Position numbers and translations under genes: made by a program. Under the pieces are notes generated by a model that did not search any database, was not told the origin of the DNA, and saw nothing but the letters and a program-made list of their open reading frames with translations. Below are positions 9,717-18,477 of a DNA stretch of 64,000 bases, in pieces (positions within the stretch are counted from its first letter, which is position 1; every line of letters begins with the position of its first letter). The DNA is from an uncultured Bacilli bacterium (GTDB taxonomy: Bacteria; Bacillota_I; Bacilli_A; RF39; UBA660): the NCBI GenBank assembly GCA_947628525.1, contig CANRAE010000001.1, forward strand, positions 22,584 through 86,583. Reading direction: 5' to 3'.

Positions 9717-11321
9717 ATGATACAAGTCAATAATGTAACACTTACGTTTGGAAAAAGAACTTTATTTGAAAATGTTAATATAAAATTTACTCCTGGTAAT
9801 TGCTATGGGTTAATAGGTGCTAATGGGGCTGGCAAAAGTACTTTTTTAAAACTATTATCCGGGGAATTAGAAACTACTCATGGAGAAATAATTATTACCA
9901 AAGGGGAAAGACTGGCTATTTTAAAACAAAATCATTATGAATATGATAATGAAAAAGTAATTGATACTGTTATTATGGGTAATAGTAAACTTTATCAAAT
10001 TATGAAGGAAAAAGAAGAATTATATTTACATACTGATTTTACAGATGAAGATGGAATAAAATTAGGTAATTTAGAAGCTGAATTTGCTGAACTTAATGGT
10101 TGGGAAGCCGAAAGTGAAGCCAGTACGTTATTAAATAATTTAGGTGTAAGTGAAGAATTTCATTATGCTTTAATGAAAGATATTCCTAACAAGATGAAAG
10201 TTAAAGTTTTATTAGCCCAAGCTCTTTTTGGCAATCCTGATATATTGTTATTAGATGAACCTACTAATGATTTGGATATTGATGCTATAAATTGGTTAGA
10301 AGAATTTTTAATTAATTTTAATAATACTGTTATTGTAATTTCCCATGATCGTCATTTTCTAAATAAAGTTTGTACCCATATTGCGGATATTGATTATGGA
10401 AAAATAAAACTTTATATGGGAAATTATGATTTTTGGTATGAATCAAGTCAACTAGCGTTAAAACAAATGAAAGAAGCAAATAAGAAAAAAGAAGAAAAGA
10501 TCAAGGAATTACAAGCCTTTATTGCTAGGTTTTCAGCTAATGCTTCTAAATCAAAACAAGCTACATCTAGGAAAAAAATCTTAGAAAAGATTGAACTTGA
10601 TGAAATAGTTCCTTCTTCTAGAAAATATCCTTTCATTGATTTTAAAATTGAACATCCAGCTGGTAAAGAAATCCTTATGGTTACTAAATTGAATAAAACA
10701 ATCGATGGCAAAAAAATATTAAATAATGTAAGTTTTACTGTTCAAAAAGGTGATAAAATTGCTTTCGTTGGTAATGATGATATAGCTAAAACGACTTTAT
10801 TTAAAATCTTAGTTGGTGAAATGGAAGCGGATTCTGGTCATATCACTTGGGGTAAAACAATTATTCCATCTTACTACCCTATTGATAATTCTAAGTATTT
10901 TAACAAAGATGAAACGATTATGGATTGGATCGGCAGTTTTTATAATATCGATGATGAAACAGTATTAAGAGGTTTTTTAGGAAGAATGTTATTTTCTGGG
11001 GATGATGTTTTTAAAAAAGTGCCTATCTTATCTGGTGGTGAAAAAGCTAGATGTATGTTTGCTAAATGTATGTTAGAAAATGGTAACTTCTTAATATTAG
11101 ATGAACCAACCAATCATTTAGATTTAGAAACAATTACATCTTTAAATAATGGATTAATTAAATATGAAGGTGAAATATTATTTGCGTCACACGATCATCA
11201 ATTCACCGAAACTGTTGCTAATAGGATCATTGAACTTACTCCTTCTGGTTTTATTGATCGTAAAACGACATATGATAATTATTTAGAAGAAAAAAAGCAA
11301 AGTACTACTTATAACAAATAA
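9717..11321 (+). CDS. ABC-F family ATPase (two ABC domains, no TM domain)
   Basis: Two Walker A sites (GANGAGKST; a degenerate GNDDIAKTT), two signature motifs (LSGGE) and an inter-domain K/E linker. ATG at 9717 follows GGAGGG. Confidence 0.85.
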   Translation: MIQVNNVTLTFGKRTLFENVNIKFTPGNCYGLIGANGAGKSTFLKLLSGELETTHGEIIITKGERLAILKQNHYEYDNEKVIDTVIMGNSKLYQIMKEKEELYLHTDFTDEDGIKLGNLEAEFAELNGWEAESEASTLLNNLGVSEEFHYALMKDIPNKMKVKVLLAQALFGNPDILLLDEPTNDLDIDAINWLEEFLINFNNTVIVISHDRHFLNKVCTHIADIDYGKIKLYMGNYDFWYESSQLALKQMKEANKKKEEKIKELQAFIARFSANASKSKQATSRKKILEKIELDEIVPSSRKYPFIDFKIEHPAGKEILMVTKLNKTIDGKKILNNVSFTVQKGDKIAFVGNDDIAKTTLFKILVGEMEADSGHITWGKTIIPSYYPIDNSKYFNKDETIMDWIGSFYNIDDETVLRGFLGRMLFSGDDVFKKVPILSGGEKARCMFAKCMLENGNFLILDEPTNHLDLETITSLNNGLIKYEGEILFASHDHQFTETVANRIIELTPSGFIDRKTTYDNYLEEKKQSTTYNK

Positions 11322-11375
11322 TTATAAGGTACTTTTTCTTTTTACCTGCATAAAATAATATTGGAGGAATAATAT

Positions 11376-11663
11376 ATGTCAATGGATATTACTATATCGG
11401 AACTAAAAAGTTTGATTCCCAAAGCCAAAATTATTGATATTCGCGATAATTATCAATTCAATTTAGGAAGCATTCCAACATCAATTAACATTCCTATGAA
11501 CTTTCTAATTACTAATCCCAATATTTATTTAAATAAAAATGATACTTATTATCTTTATTGTGAACACGGATCTAACAGTAAAACAGCTTGCAATTACTTA
11601 ACAAAGTTAGGTTACAAAGTTATAAATGTTTTAGGAGGATTTAGTGAGTATAAAATTACTTGA
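11376..11663 (+). CDS. Single-domain rhodanese-like protein
   Basis: 95 aa with the active-site loop CEHGSNS. GGAGG RBS. Confidence 0.75.
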   Translation: MSMDITISELKSLIPKAKIIDIRDNYQFNLGSIPTSINIPMNFLITNPNIYLNKNDTYYLYCEHGSNSKTACNYLTKLGYKVINVLGGFSEYKIT

Positions 11664-11700
11664 TATAACCACTAGCCTTTTTTTATTAATATTTACAAAC

Positions 11701-11729
11701 AAAAAAGACCCAAATACGGATCTTTTTTT
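11701..11729. terminator. Weak bidirectional hairpin between convergent genes
   Basis: AAAAGACC / GGATCTTTT has one bulge and is flanked by an A run and a T run. Confidence 0.35.
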
Positions 11730-11732
11730 ATA

Positions 11733-11846
11733 TTAACAAGAAGCCCAATTACCTATAATAATTGCTAGTAAAATATATAATACAATAATTATTACAAATC
11801 CATAGTTATTTCCACATGAGCTTTCATTATTTTGTTGACAAGACAT
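11733..11846 (-). CDS. Tiny TM peptide, YjcZ-like (37 aa), absent from the ORF track
   Basis: GGAGGTG lies 6 nt upstream of the ATG. Translation is MSCQQNNESSCGNNYGFVIIIVLYILLAIIIGNWASC. The core GFxxIxVLxILLxIIxG matches the YjcZ tiny-TM sporulation peptide family as I recall it. Confidence 0.55.
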   Translation of the reverse strand: MSCQQNNESSCGNNYGFVIIIVLYILLAIIIGNWASC

Positions 11847-11864
11847 TATTTACACCTCCTTAAT

Positions 11865-11945
11865 TTAAATACAAGCACCTAGTATAATAACTAGTAAAAT
11901 AAATAATACTAAAACGATGGCTGAAGATGATACATAATTTCCCAT
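11865..11945 (-). CDS. Tiny TM peptide, YjcZ-like (26 aa), absent from the ORF track
   Basis: GGAGGA lies 7 nt upstream of the ATG. Translation is MGNYVSSSAIVLVLFILLVIILGACI. Confidence 0.5.
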   Translation of the reverse strand: MGNYVSSSAIVLVLFILLVIILGACI

Positions 11946-12095
11946 AACTTAATCCTCCTTTTTTGTTTACTCACAGTATTTTATGGAAAAAGTTAAAAAA
12001 TGTTCGGACTATTATTAAAAAGTTAAGTAAAATAATTGTATTTTAAAATGATATTTGTTATTATAAGTGTGTACATTTTTAAAGGAGGGAATTAC

Positions 12096-13073
12096 ATGAA
12101 GAAATTTTTATTGTGTATGTGTATGGTTTTATTATTTGTTACAAGTTGTGGCAAAGTACCAAAATTATCAAATGGTGAAGAAGCAGTAGTTACATCTAAA
12201 AGCGGTGATATTTCTGTTGATGATCTATATAAAGAGATTAAAAATACTTATGCTTTAAACACTTTAATTGATATGATCGATTTAAAACTATTAGAAAAGG
12301 ATTATCCTAGTGGTAAAGAGGAAAACGATTACGTTGATTCACAATTGGAGCAACTAGAATATAGCTATACTAATAGTTATTATGCAAGTTATTATCCTAA
12401 TTTTAATTCTTTTGCTATTGCGTATTTTGGCGTTTCTGATATGACTGCTGTTAATAATTTACTAAAATTACAATATAAAAGACAACAATATGCTGAAGAT
12501 TATTCTAGGGAGCTTGTAACTGATAAAGAAATCCAAAAATATTATGACGATGAAGTAATTGGAGATATTCGAGCTAGTCATATATTAATCAAAGCTGATT
12601 TTGCAGATGATGCTACTGAGGAAGAAAAAAATGCTGCTTATGATCTAGCTTTAAAAACAGCTAATGAAGTATTAGCAAAGTTAAATAATGGCGAAAGCTT
12701 TGAAGAACTTGCTAAACAATATTCTAGTGATGGATCAAAAGATGAAGGTGGCGACTTAGGTTGGTTTAACCGTGGTGATATGGTTTCAGAATTTGAAGAA
12801 GCTGCTATCGCTCTTGAAAAAGGTAAATATACAACCACTCCTGTTAAAACTCAATACGGATATCATATTATTTTAAAAACAGATACCAAAGATAAACCTA
12901 AATTAGAAGAAGTAAAAGATGATGTTATCGATACCTTAGCCGAAGAGAAAAGAAACGATGATAGCAATTTTCAAACCAAAGCCTTAATTGAATTAAGAAA
13001 GAAAAAAGAAATTACTTTCCAAGATGATTCATTAAAAAAACAATATGAAAGCTATATTGCTAATATAAAATAA
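12096..13073 (+). CDS. prsA: Foldase lipoprotein PrsA (parvulin-type peptidyl-prolyl isomerase)
   Basis: The start at 12096 follows AAAGGAGGG. Lipobox VTSCG and parvulin core (IRASHILIK...DLGWFNRGDMVSEFEEAA...GYHII). Confidence 0.85.
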   Translation: MKKFLLCMCMVLLFVTSCGKVPKLSNGEEAVVTSKSGDISVDDLYKEIKNTYALNTLIDMIDLKLLEKDYPSGKEENDYVDSQLEQLEYSYTNSYYASYYPNFNSFAIAYFGVSDMTAVNNLLKLQYKRQQYAEDYSRELVTDKEIQKYYDDEVIGDIRASHILIKADFADDATEEEKNAAYDLALKTANEVLAKLNNGESFEELAKQYSSDGSKDEGGDLGWFNRGDMVSEFEEAAIALEKGKYTTTPVKTQYGYHIILKTDTKDKPKLEEVKDDVIDTLAEEKRNDDSNFQTKALIELRKKKEITFQDDSLKKQYESYIANIK

Positions 13074-13098
13074 AAAAATGTGATTTTCACATTTTTTT
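13072..13098. terminator. Bidirectional rho-independent terminator
   Basis: Perfect stem AAAAATGTGA / TCACATTTTT with a 3-nt loop, between the convergent prsA and the 13097-13687 gene. Confidence 0.7.
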
Positions 13099-13687
13099 AT
13101 TTTGCTAATTTTTTTATTTTAACTATTTCTTCTTCTAAGTTCTTATTATATTTTTCAATTTTTTGAATTTTAAAAGATAATCCATTATTTCTAATCTTTA
13201 AAATGTTTTGAATATTTAATTGTACCTTTGATCTTTTAAAAGCATCAAGGGAAAATATTCCATTATTATTCACTTTAACATCAAATGGCATAGTAATAAG
13301 TGTTTCTCCATTTTCATTTTGACGGATATATTTTTCGGTCATAAAAAGATCTTGTACTACTTTTAAAATACGTGGATTAAAAAAATCTGGAAAATTTAAA
13401 AAATTGAATAAATCTAAATAACTTGTATATGAACCTATTACTAATTGTCCTTCTTTAAAATCTTTCATAGATTGTTCACTCATTAATACAGGATACTTAT
13501 AATCTTTATTTAATATATCATAAGCTAATGTCCCATTATTATGACGTACAAAATTCCAAAGACCATTTCTAAGTTCAATCAATTGAGTTGGTTTATTGGA
13601 CACAACCGAAACAGTTCCATAACGAAATGATTTTGGCGTTATTTTTAATTCAGTACTATTATTTTCCTTATCAACACTTTTTAACAT
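13097..13687 (-). CDS. Hypothetical cytoplasmic protein (196 aa)
   Basis: GGGGGTGA RBS and no signal peptide. The C-terminus is coiled-coil-like. No family recognised. Confidence 0.55.
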   Translation of the reverse strand: MLKSVDKENNSTELKITPKSFRYGTVSVVSNKPTQLIELRNGLWNFVRHNNGTLAYDILNKDYKYPVLMSEQSMKDFKEGQLVIGSYTSYLDLFNFLNFPDFFNPRILKVVQDLFMTEKYIRQNENGETLITMPFDVKVNNNGIFSLDAFKRSKVQLNIQNILKIRNNGLSFKIQKIEKYNKNLEEEIVKIKKLAK

Positions 13688-13743
13688 ATTTTCACCCCCA
13701 GACCGCTTATTCTAGCATAACAAACGCCATCTGTCAAACATTA

Positions 13744-14484
13744 CTAATTTTCAAAAAAGCCTTTTTGATATAATTTACTTTTTATTTTATATTCTAATTC
13801 CTTACCAGAATATTTTTTAGATAATTTTTGATATAGTTTTTCATACTCCTCTTTATATAAATCTTGATCATTACATTTGATATGATTAACCTCATCATTT
13901 ACTAATTCTTTGTGATATCCTAAATTAAACAAATATTCACTTATCTTTTTTTGAAGAATAAATTGACTTTTATTATGATTAATTTTAACTTGCTTATCAA
14001 TTATTTTTTTAATTCGTTCTATTTCAAGATCACGATCAAAAACAGAAAGACTATTATTAACAACCTCTTCATTGATATCTTGTTTAAGCAATTGCTCTTT
14101 TATTTTTAAAGGTCCATCATTACTTAAATAAATGCGATCGTGAATAAAAGCATTAGTATAATCTGAATCATTTAAATAACCTTGTTTAGTAAGTAAATTA
14201 ATTGCATTATCTATTAACTGATTATCTACTTTTTTCTTAGTTAAATACTCTCTAATTTCTTTTTTACTACGCATTTTAACTTTTATATAATTTAAAGCTA
14301 GATCATAAGCAATAAAAGATGTATTTTCATCCAATAATTTTTCAATTGTATGCTCATCTATTTCTCTGTGAATTAATAAATCATGTTTTAAAATAAGATC
14401 CTCATGTAACATAATTACAGTACCATTATCTAAATAAAGTTTATATTGTCCATTCTTTTGCTTTGTAAATTTGTCTATTCGCAT
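13744..14484 (-). CDS. recX: RecA regulator RecX (long Firmicute form)
   Basis: Repeated three-helix units (ALNYIKVKMRSKKEIREYLTKK, NAINLLTKQGYLNDSDYTNAFIHD). The size and layout match Bacillus RecX. Confidence 0.75.
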   Translation of the reverse strand: MRIDKFTKQKNGQYKLYLDNGTVIMLHEDLILKHDLLIHREIDEHTIEKLLDENTSFIAYDLALNYIKVKMRSKKEIREYLTKKKVDNQLIDNAINLLTKQGYLNDSDYTNAFIHDRIYLSNDGPLKIKEQLLKQDINEEVVNNSLSVFDRDLEIERIKKIIDKQVKINHNKSQFILQKKISEYLFNLGYHKELVNDEVNHIKCNDQDLYKEEYEKLYQKLSKKYSGKELEYKIKSKLYQKGFFEN

Positions 14485-14538
14485 AATACCACCTCTTTAA
14501 TTATACCGCAAAAAAAACAAATTAATAAAAAAAAAGAA

Positions 14539-14745
14539 CTATTGCTCTTTTGTTTTGATAGTTATCAATCCTTCTGCCACTTCCTCCAATGCCCTACCAA
14601 TATTTTTGGTCGATACATATTTATTAAGTGGCATTTGATAATAATCTTGTTTGGTCATTTCTTTACTACGTCTTGCTGCAATATGAACTAATTTGTATTT
14701 TGAATCAACTACATTCAATAATTTATCAATTGATGGATATATCAC
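14539..14745 (-). CDS. rpoZ: DNA-directed RNA polymerase subunit omega
   Basis: (V)IYPSIDKLLNVVDSKYKLVHIAARRSKEM is the canonical RpoZ N-terminus. I prefer the GTG at 14745 (AGGGAG 9 nt upstream) over the ORF-track ATG at 14799, which would add 18 atypical residues. Confidence 0.8.
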   Translation of the reverse strand: MIYPSIDKLLNVVDSKYKLVHIAARRSKEMTKQDYYQMPLNKYVSTKNIGRALEEVAEGLITIKTKEQ

Positions 14746-14830
14746 TCTATCACACTCCCTATTATAAGAATAATCCCCTTTTATTATTATTTCAAGCAAA
14801 CTCCGTCAATTAGACATTAATTGACAAAAT

Positions 14831-15316
14831 TTATTTGACATTATGCTCAATATAATCATCAATTATTTTAACAAAATGATTAGTATTGCTTACATATTTT
14901 TTCGGTTTAAAAGTATCCGCCTTTTTTAAAACTTTATCAAGTTTATCAAAATCTTTTAATTCCAAAATATAACCATCTTTAACAAATTCTTTAATTATCT
15001 GTAATTGATGATCATTAACATGTTCCTTATACTTTTTTAATCTAGCCGCTGCAATAACCTTTTTATTAGCTTTTAGACCCATTAAAATTGATCCTACTCC
15101 CCCATGTGTTATTAATAATGTGCATTTATTTAGTAATTTTTCTAATTCCACACTAGAAATCAAATCAAACGTTTTCATATAAGAAGAAGTAAATTTACTA
15201 GCACCTATTTGCGCCACAACTTCTTCTTTAATATTGCCCTTAATAATTTGTTTTTCAACCGCTTTTAATAATCGTGAAAAATCCTTGTCTTGGGTTCCTA
15301 ATGTAACTAATATCAT
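14831..15316 (-). CDS. Alg13-like glycosyltransferase subunit (GT28 C-terminal domain, PssE/Cps14G type)
   Basis: MILVTLGTQDKDF...ITHGGVGSIL in a 161-aa protein. Confidence 0.8.
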   Translation of the reverse strand: MILVTLGTQDKDFSRLLKAVEKQIIKGNIKEEVVAQIGASKFTSSYMKTFDLISSVELEKLLNKCTLLITHGGVGSILMGLKANKKVIAAARLKKYKEHVNDHQLQIIKEFVKDGYILELKDFDKLDKVLKKADTFKPKKYVSNTNHFVKIIDDYIEHNVK

Positions 15317-15325
15317 ATCGCACCT

Positions 15326-15796
15326 CTAAAAAATCCAACCACCATAGGTTGCTTTGGGATAAATTTTCAACATACTTTTCCATTGTACAATAAATAAATC
15401 AGCAAAATGATAAATAATTTTACCTGTAACAGTTTTAGTTTCTATATTAGCAAACGTTTCAATATAAATTATCTTACTACCAAATATTTTACCAATACAA
15501 CACATAGGACCAGCCGTATGAGCACCAGTTGTAATAATAACCTTAGGTTTTATTTTTAAATAAAAATATAAACTTTTAAAACAATTAGCAAGCAATTTGA
15601 AAGGATAAACTAACATATTGGATTTAGTCCCATAAATTAGATAATTAACTCTTTTAGGATACTTATCTTGTAAATACATATTTGATTTAGTCTTTTCTGT
15701 AATAATATGGAAATCATATTTGTTAAACAATTCCTTTAATTGCAACATTTCCTGTAAATGCCCACCAGTTGAAGATATAAATAATATCTTTTTCAT
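15326..15796 (-). CDS. Alg14-like glycosyltransferase subunit (PssD/Cps14F type)
   Basis: ISSTGGHLQEM...TTGAHTAGP...IYIETFANI...FIVQW in a 156-aa protein. Confidence 0.8.
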   Translation of the reverse strand: MKKILFISSTGGHLQEMLQLKELFNKYDFHIITEKTKSNMYLQDKYPKRVNYLIYGTKSNMLVYPFKLLANCFKSLYFYLKIKPKVIITTGAHTAGPMCCIGKIFGSKIIYIETFANIETKTVTGKIIYHFADLFIVQWKSMLKIYPKATYGGWIF

Positions 15797-15807
15797 AACT
15801 TCTCCTT

Positions 15808-18255
15808 TTATATATTAACATCATCAATAAATGTTAACCATTTGTTAGTGATATTTTCTTCTGAAAAACTCTGTGCTTTAACATAAGCATTATTTCCTAA
15901 TTCACATCTTTTATTAACATTATTCATTAACAAAAGTAATTTATTTAACATTTCTTTTTGATTACGATTCTTGATCACATAACCATCTTTATTATTAGTA
16001 ATTATATCGTTAACACCACTTAATGTTTCATAAGCTATACAAGGAACACCAACACTCATAGCTTCTAATAACACCATTGGTAATCCTTCACTAATAGATG
16101 TCATTATAAAGATACTACTATTATATAAAGCATTCATCACTTGATCATGATCATAATTACCTAATAGATGCACGTTATCTTCTAAATTTAGATCTTTAAT
16201 TTGTTTTTTTAACTGATCTTCATAAGGCCCACTACCAATAATATTAAAGTGCCATGATTTATCTTCTACTAAATTAGCTAAATCAATAATTTCATTAATT
16301 CTTTTAATTGGATCAAGTCTTCCTACAAAAATAACGTTTTTCTTTTTTAAACTAGCTTTCTTTATTGGTATATTATCTAACATATTAGGCATAACTATAA
16401 CTTTAACTAAACTACCCTTAAAGATTTTCTCATAATCATTTTTTAAACTATTAGTAAGTGCCATCACATAATCGATCCCACCATAATAATATTTCATTTT
16501 ATTAATATATTTACGATTATTGCGGTGATGATTATGTTCTTGGGCAATTTTGAGAACACTAGCATTACCATATTCACTTAAAAGGGTAGAAAATTCTACT
16601 CTGGTGGATACAATTATACCTTCTTTGATTTTCTTTATCTCTTTAATCATTAAATAACGACGTTTCCATAATATTTTAAAAGCTATCATAAGATTCTTTA
16701 ACAAGGACAACCACTGATGATTTTTTAAACTAGAAAATATTTCTTCCCTATTAGGTTTATCTTCACATAAATATTTAATTTTTACTCTTTTATCTACTTT
16801 ATAAGCAGGATCTTTTTGTAAATGATAAAAACAAATTATTTCCACATCTTTGCTTTTACATAAACTATTAACAGTATTAATGGTAGCTTTTTCAATACCT
16901 CCTGTTCCTAGATGTAATGATAAAAAAGTAATTTTTTGGCGATTTAACATAATTTTATTTTCACCAAAACTTTGTAAAGCTAAACTGATAATAATAGCTA
17001 AATAAAAACTAACTGATGGCGAACCAAAAATATGACCTATAAATAAACTTAGCCCTATTCCTATCGCTGCTATATAGGAATAAATTAATTGTTCAAGGGA
17101 CAAGTTAAATTTCCTTTTAAATACATTCCTTGCGATTTGGATAATAATCAATATAATTACACTCATATATATAATAAAGCCAATTATACCGAAACGGAAT
17201 AAAATATCAAATAAATCCATTTCTATTAACTTAACACTCCAACGTTCATCATTTAAAACTTGACGATTAGAAAAACCTATTCCTAAAAATTTATCAACTA
17301 ATGGACTTTGTTTATATACTTTAAAAACATGAGTTAACAAAGCTTCACGACCACTTAAAATGACTATCTGTTGTCCTTCGGCAACTTCACACTTTAAATC
17401 AAATGTATTATCACTATTATCAATATTACCTTCTTGATATTCATCTAAACATTCTTTTCGTTGCTCCAAATTAACATTGACGGGTGTATAACTTTTACCA
17501 ATAAAAACAGCCAAAAGAATTAATAAAATAAAAATAAATTGTCCCTTTTTCTTTTTAATATTAAATAAATAATACCCCACCATAACCAAAGAAAATAATA
17601 TCATACTATAAAAAGGTGCTTTAGTACCTATAATGATAATTGATATAATCGTTATAATAATCATTAAACAATTTTTAATAGAACATTTTTTATCGAAAGC
17701 CATAAATAATAAAGGATAAAGTAAAGCTAAAATACAAGATATTTCATTAGCAGAATAAAACCATCCACAATAACCAAAACCTTCATTATTATTATAAGAA
17801 TGAAAAGCCGTCTTCGTTAAGAAAGGAATAATAAGTAATGCCACATAAATCATTAAATCAATTATCAACAACCGAACAATTTCCCTACGCTTAATTTGAT
17901 ATTGATCAAAAAAATTAACTACTGTAATCACCATTACTATTAAATAACTATACCTAAATATACAAACTAGTTCATTATACAATAAAGAAAAATTAATCCA
18001 TAATTCCGTCTTTGTTAAAAGATAAAAAAGATAAAATATTCCTAATAACAATAAATATAAGATTGATTTTCTTCGATACTTAGAACGATTAAAAAAGAAG
18101 AGATAAACAAGCATTAATAGAACCAAAATACCTCTAAATACTATTCCTAAGGATATAGTAACAAGATCAAATCTCGTTGTTAAGGCGGTAATTAAATCTA
18201 TAAAAGGTTGTAATAATATTAACAAATATATTAATTTCAATTTACTTTTATCCAT
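15808..18255 (-). CDS. Fusion of an O-antigen ligase/polymerase-like polytopic domain with a C-terminal GT4 glycosyltransferase
   Basis: The N-terminal ~440 aa have ~11-12 TM helices, including an external loop and a Wzy_C-like end (EMDLFDILFRFGIIGFIIY). The C-terminal ~370 aa are GT-B/GT4 (FVGRLDPIKR, EGLPMVLLEAMSVGVPCIA). The start at 18255 follows AAGGGA. The ORF track extends to 18279. Confidence 0.7.
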   Translation of the reverse strand: MDKSKLKLIYLLILLQPFIDLITALTTRFDLVTISLGIVFRGILVLLMLVYLFFFNRSKYRRKSILYLLLLGIFYLFYLLTKTELWINFSLLYNELVCIFRYSYLIVMVITVVNFFDQYQIKRREIVRLLIIDLMIYVALLIIPFLTKTAFHSYNNNEGFGYCGWFYSANEISCILALLYPLLFMAFDKKCSIKNCLMIIITIISIIIIGTKAPFYSMILFSLVMVGYYLFNIKKKKGQFIFILLILLAVFIGKSYTPVNVNLEQRKECLDEYQEGNIDNSDNTFDLKCEVAEGQQIVILSGREALLTHVFKVYKQSPLVDKFLGIGFSNRQVLNDERWSVKLIEMDLFDILFRFGIIGFIIYMSVIILIIIQIARNVFKRKFNLSLEQLIYSYIAAIGIGLSLFIGHIFGSPSVSFYLAIIISLALQSFGENKIMLNRQKITFLSLHLGTGGIEKATINTVNSLCKSKDVEIICFYHLQKDPAYKVDKRVKIKYLCEDKPNREEIFSSLKNHQWLSLLKNLMIAFKILWKRRYLMIKEIKKIKEGIIVSTRVEFSTLLSEYGNASVLKIAQEHNHHRNNRKYINKMKYYYGGIDYVMALTNSLKNDYEKIFKGSLVKVIVMPNMLDNIPIKKASLKKKNVIFVGRLDPIKRINEIIDLANLVEDKSWHFNIIGSGPYEDQLKKQIKDLNLEDNVHLLGNYDHDQVMNALYNSSIFIMTSISEGLPMVLLEAMSVGVPCIAYETLSGVNDIITNNKDGYVIKNRNQKEMLNKLLLLMNNVNKRCELGNNAYVKAQSFSEENITNKWLTFIDDVNI

Positions 18256-18477
18256 AATTATTCCCTTCATTTCTATCATTAATATATCATATTAACCATT
18301 TTGATAGCAATAAACCCCTTTACTTATTTATAGGCTTTCACAATGTATAGGTAAATTACTTGTCAAATTATGTACAATATTCGACATATTTTAACAGAAA
18401 TTTTACATTTTTTAGAAAATAGTCCATATTTGATATATAATGTTATTTAGATATATTAAATAATAACGGAGGTACAT

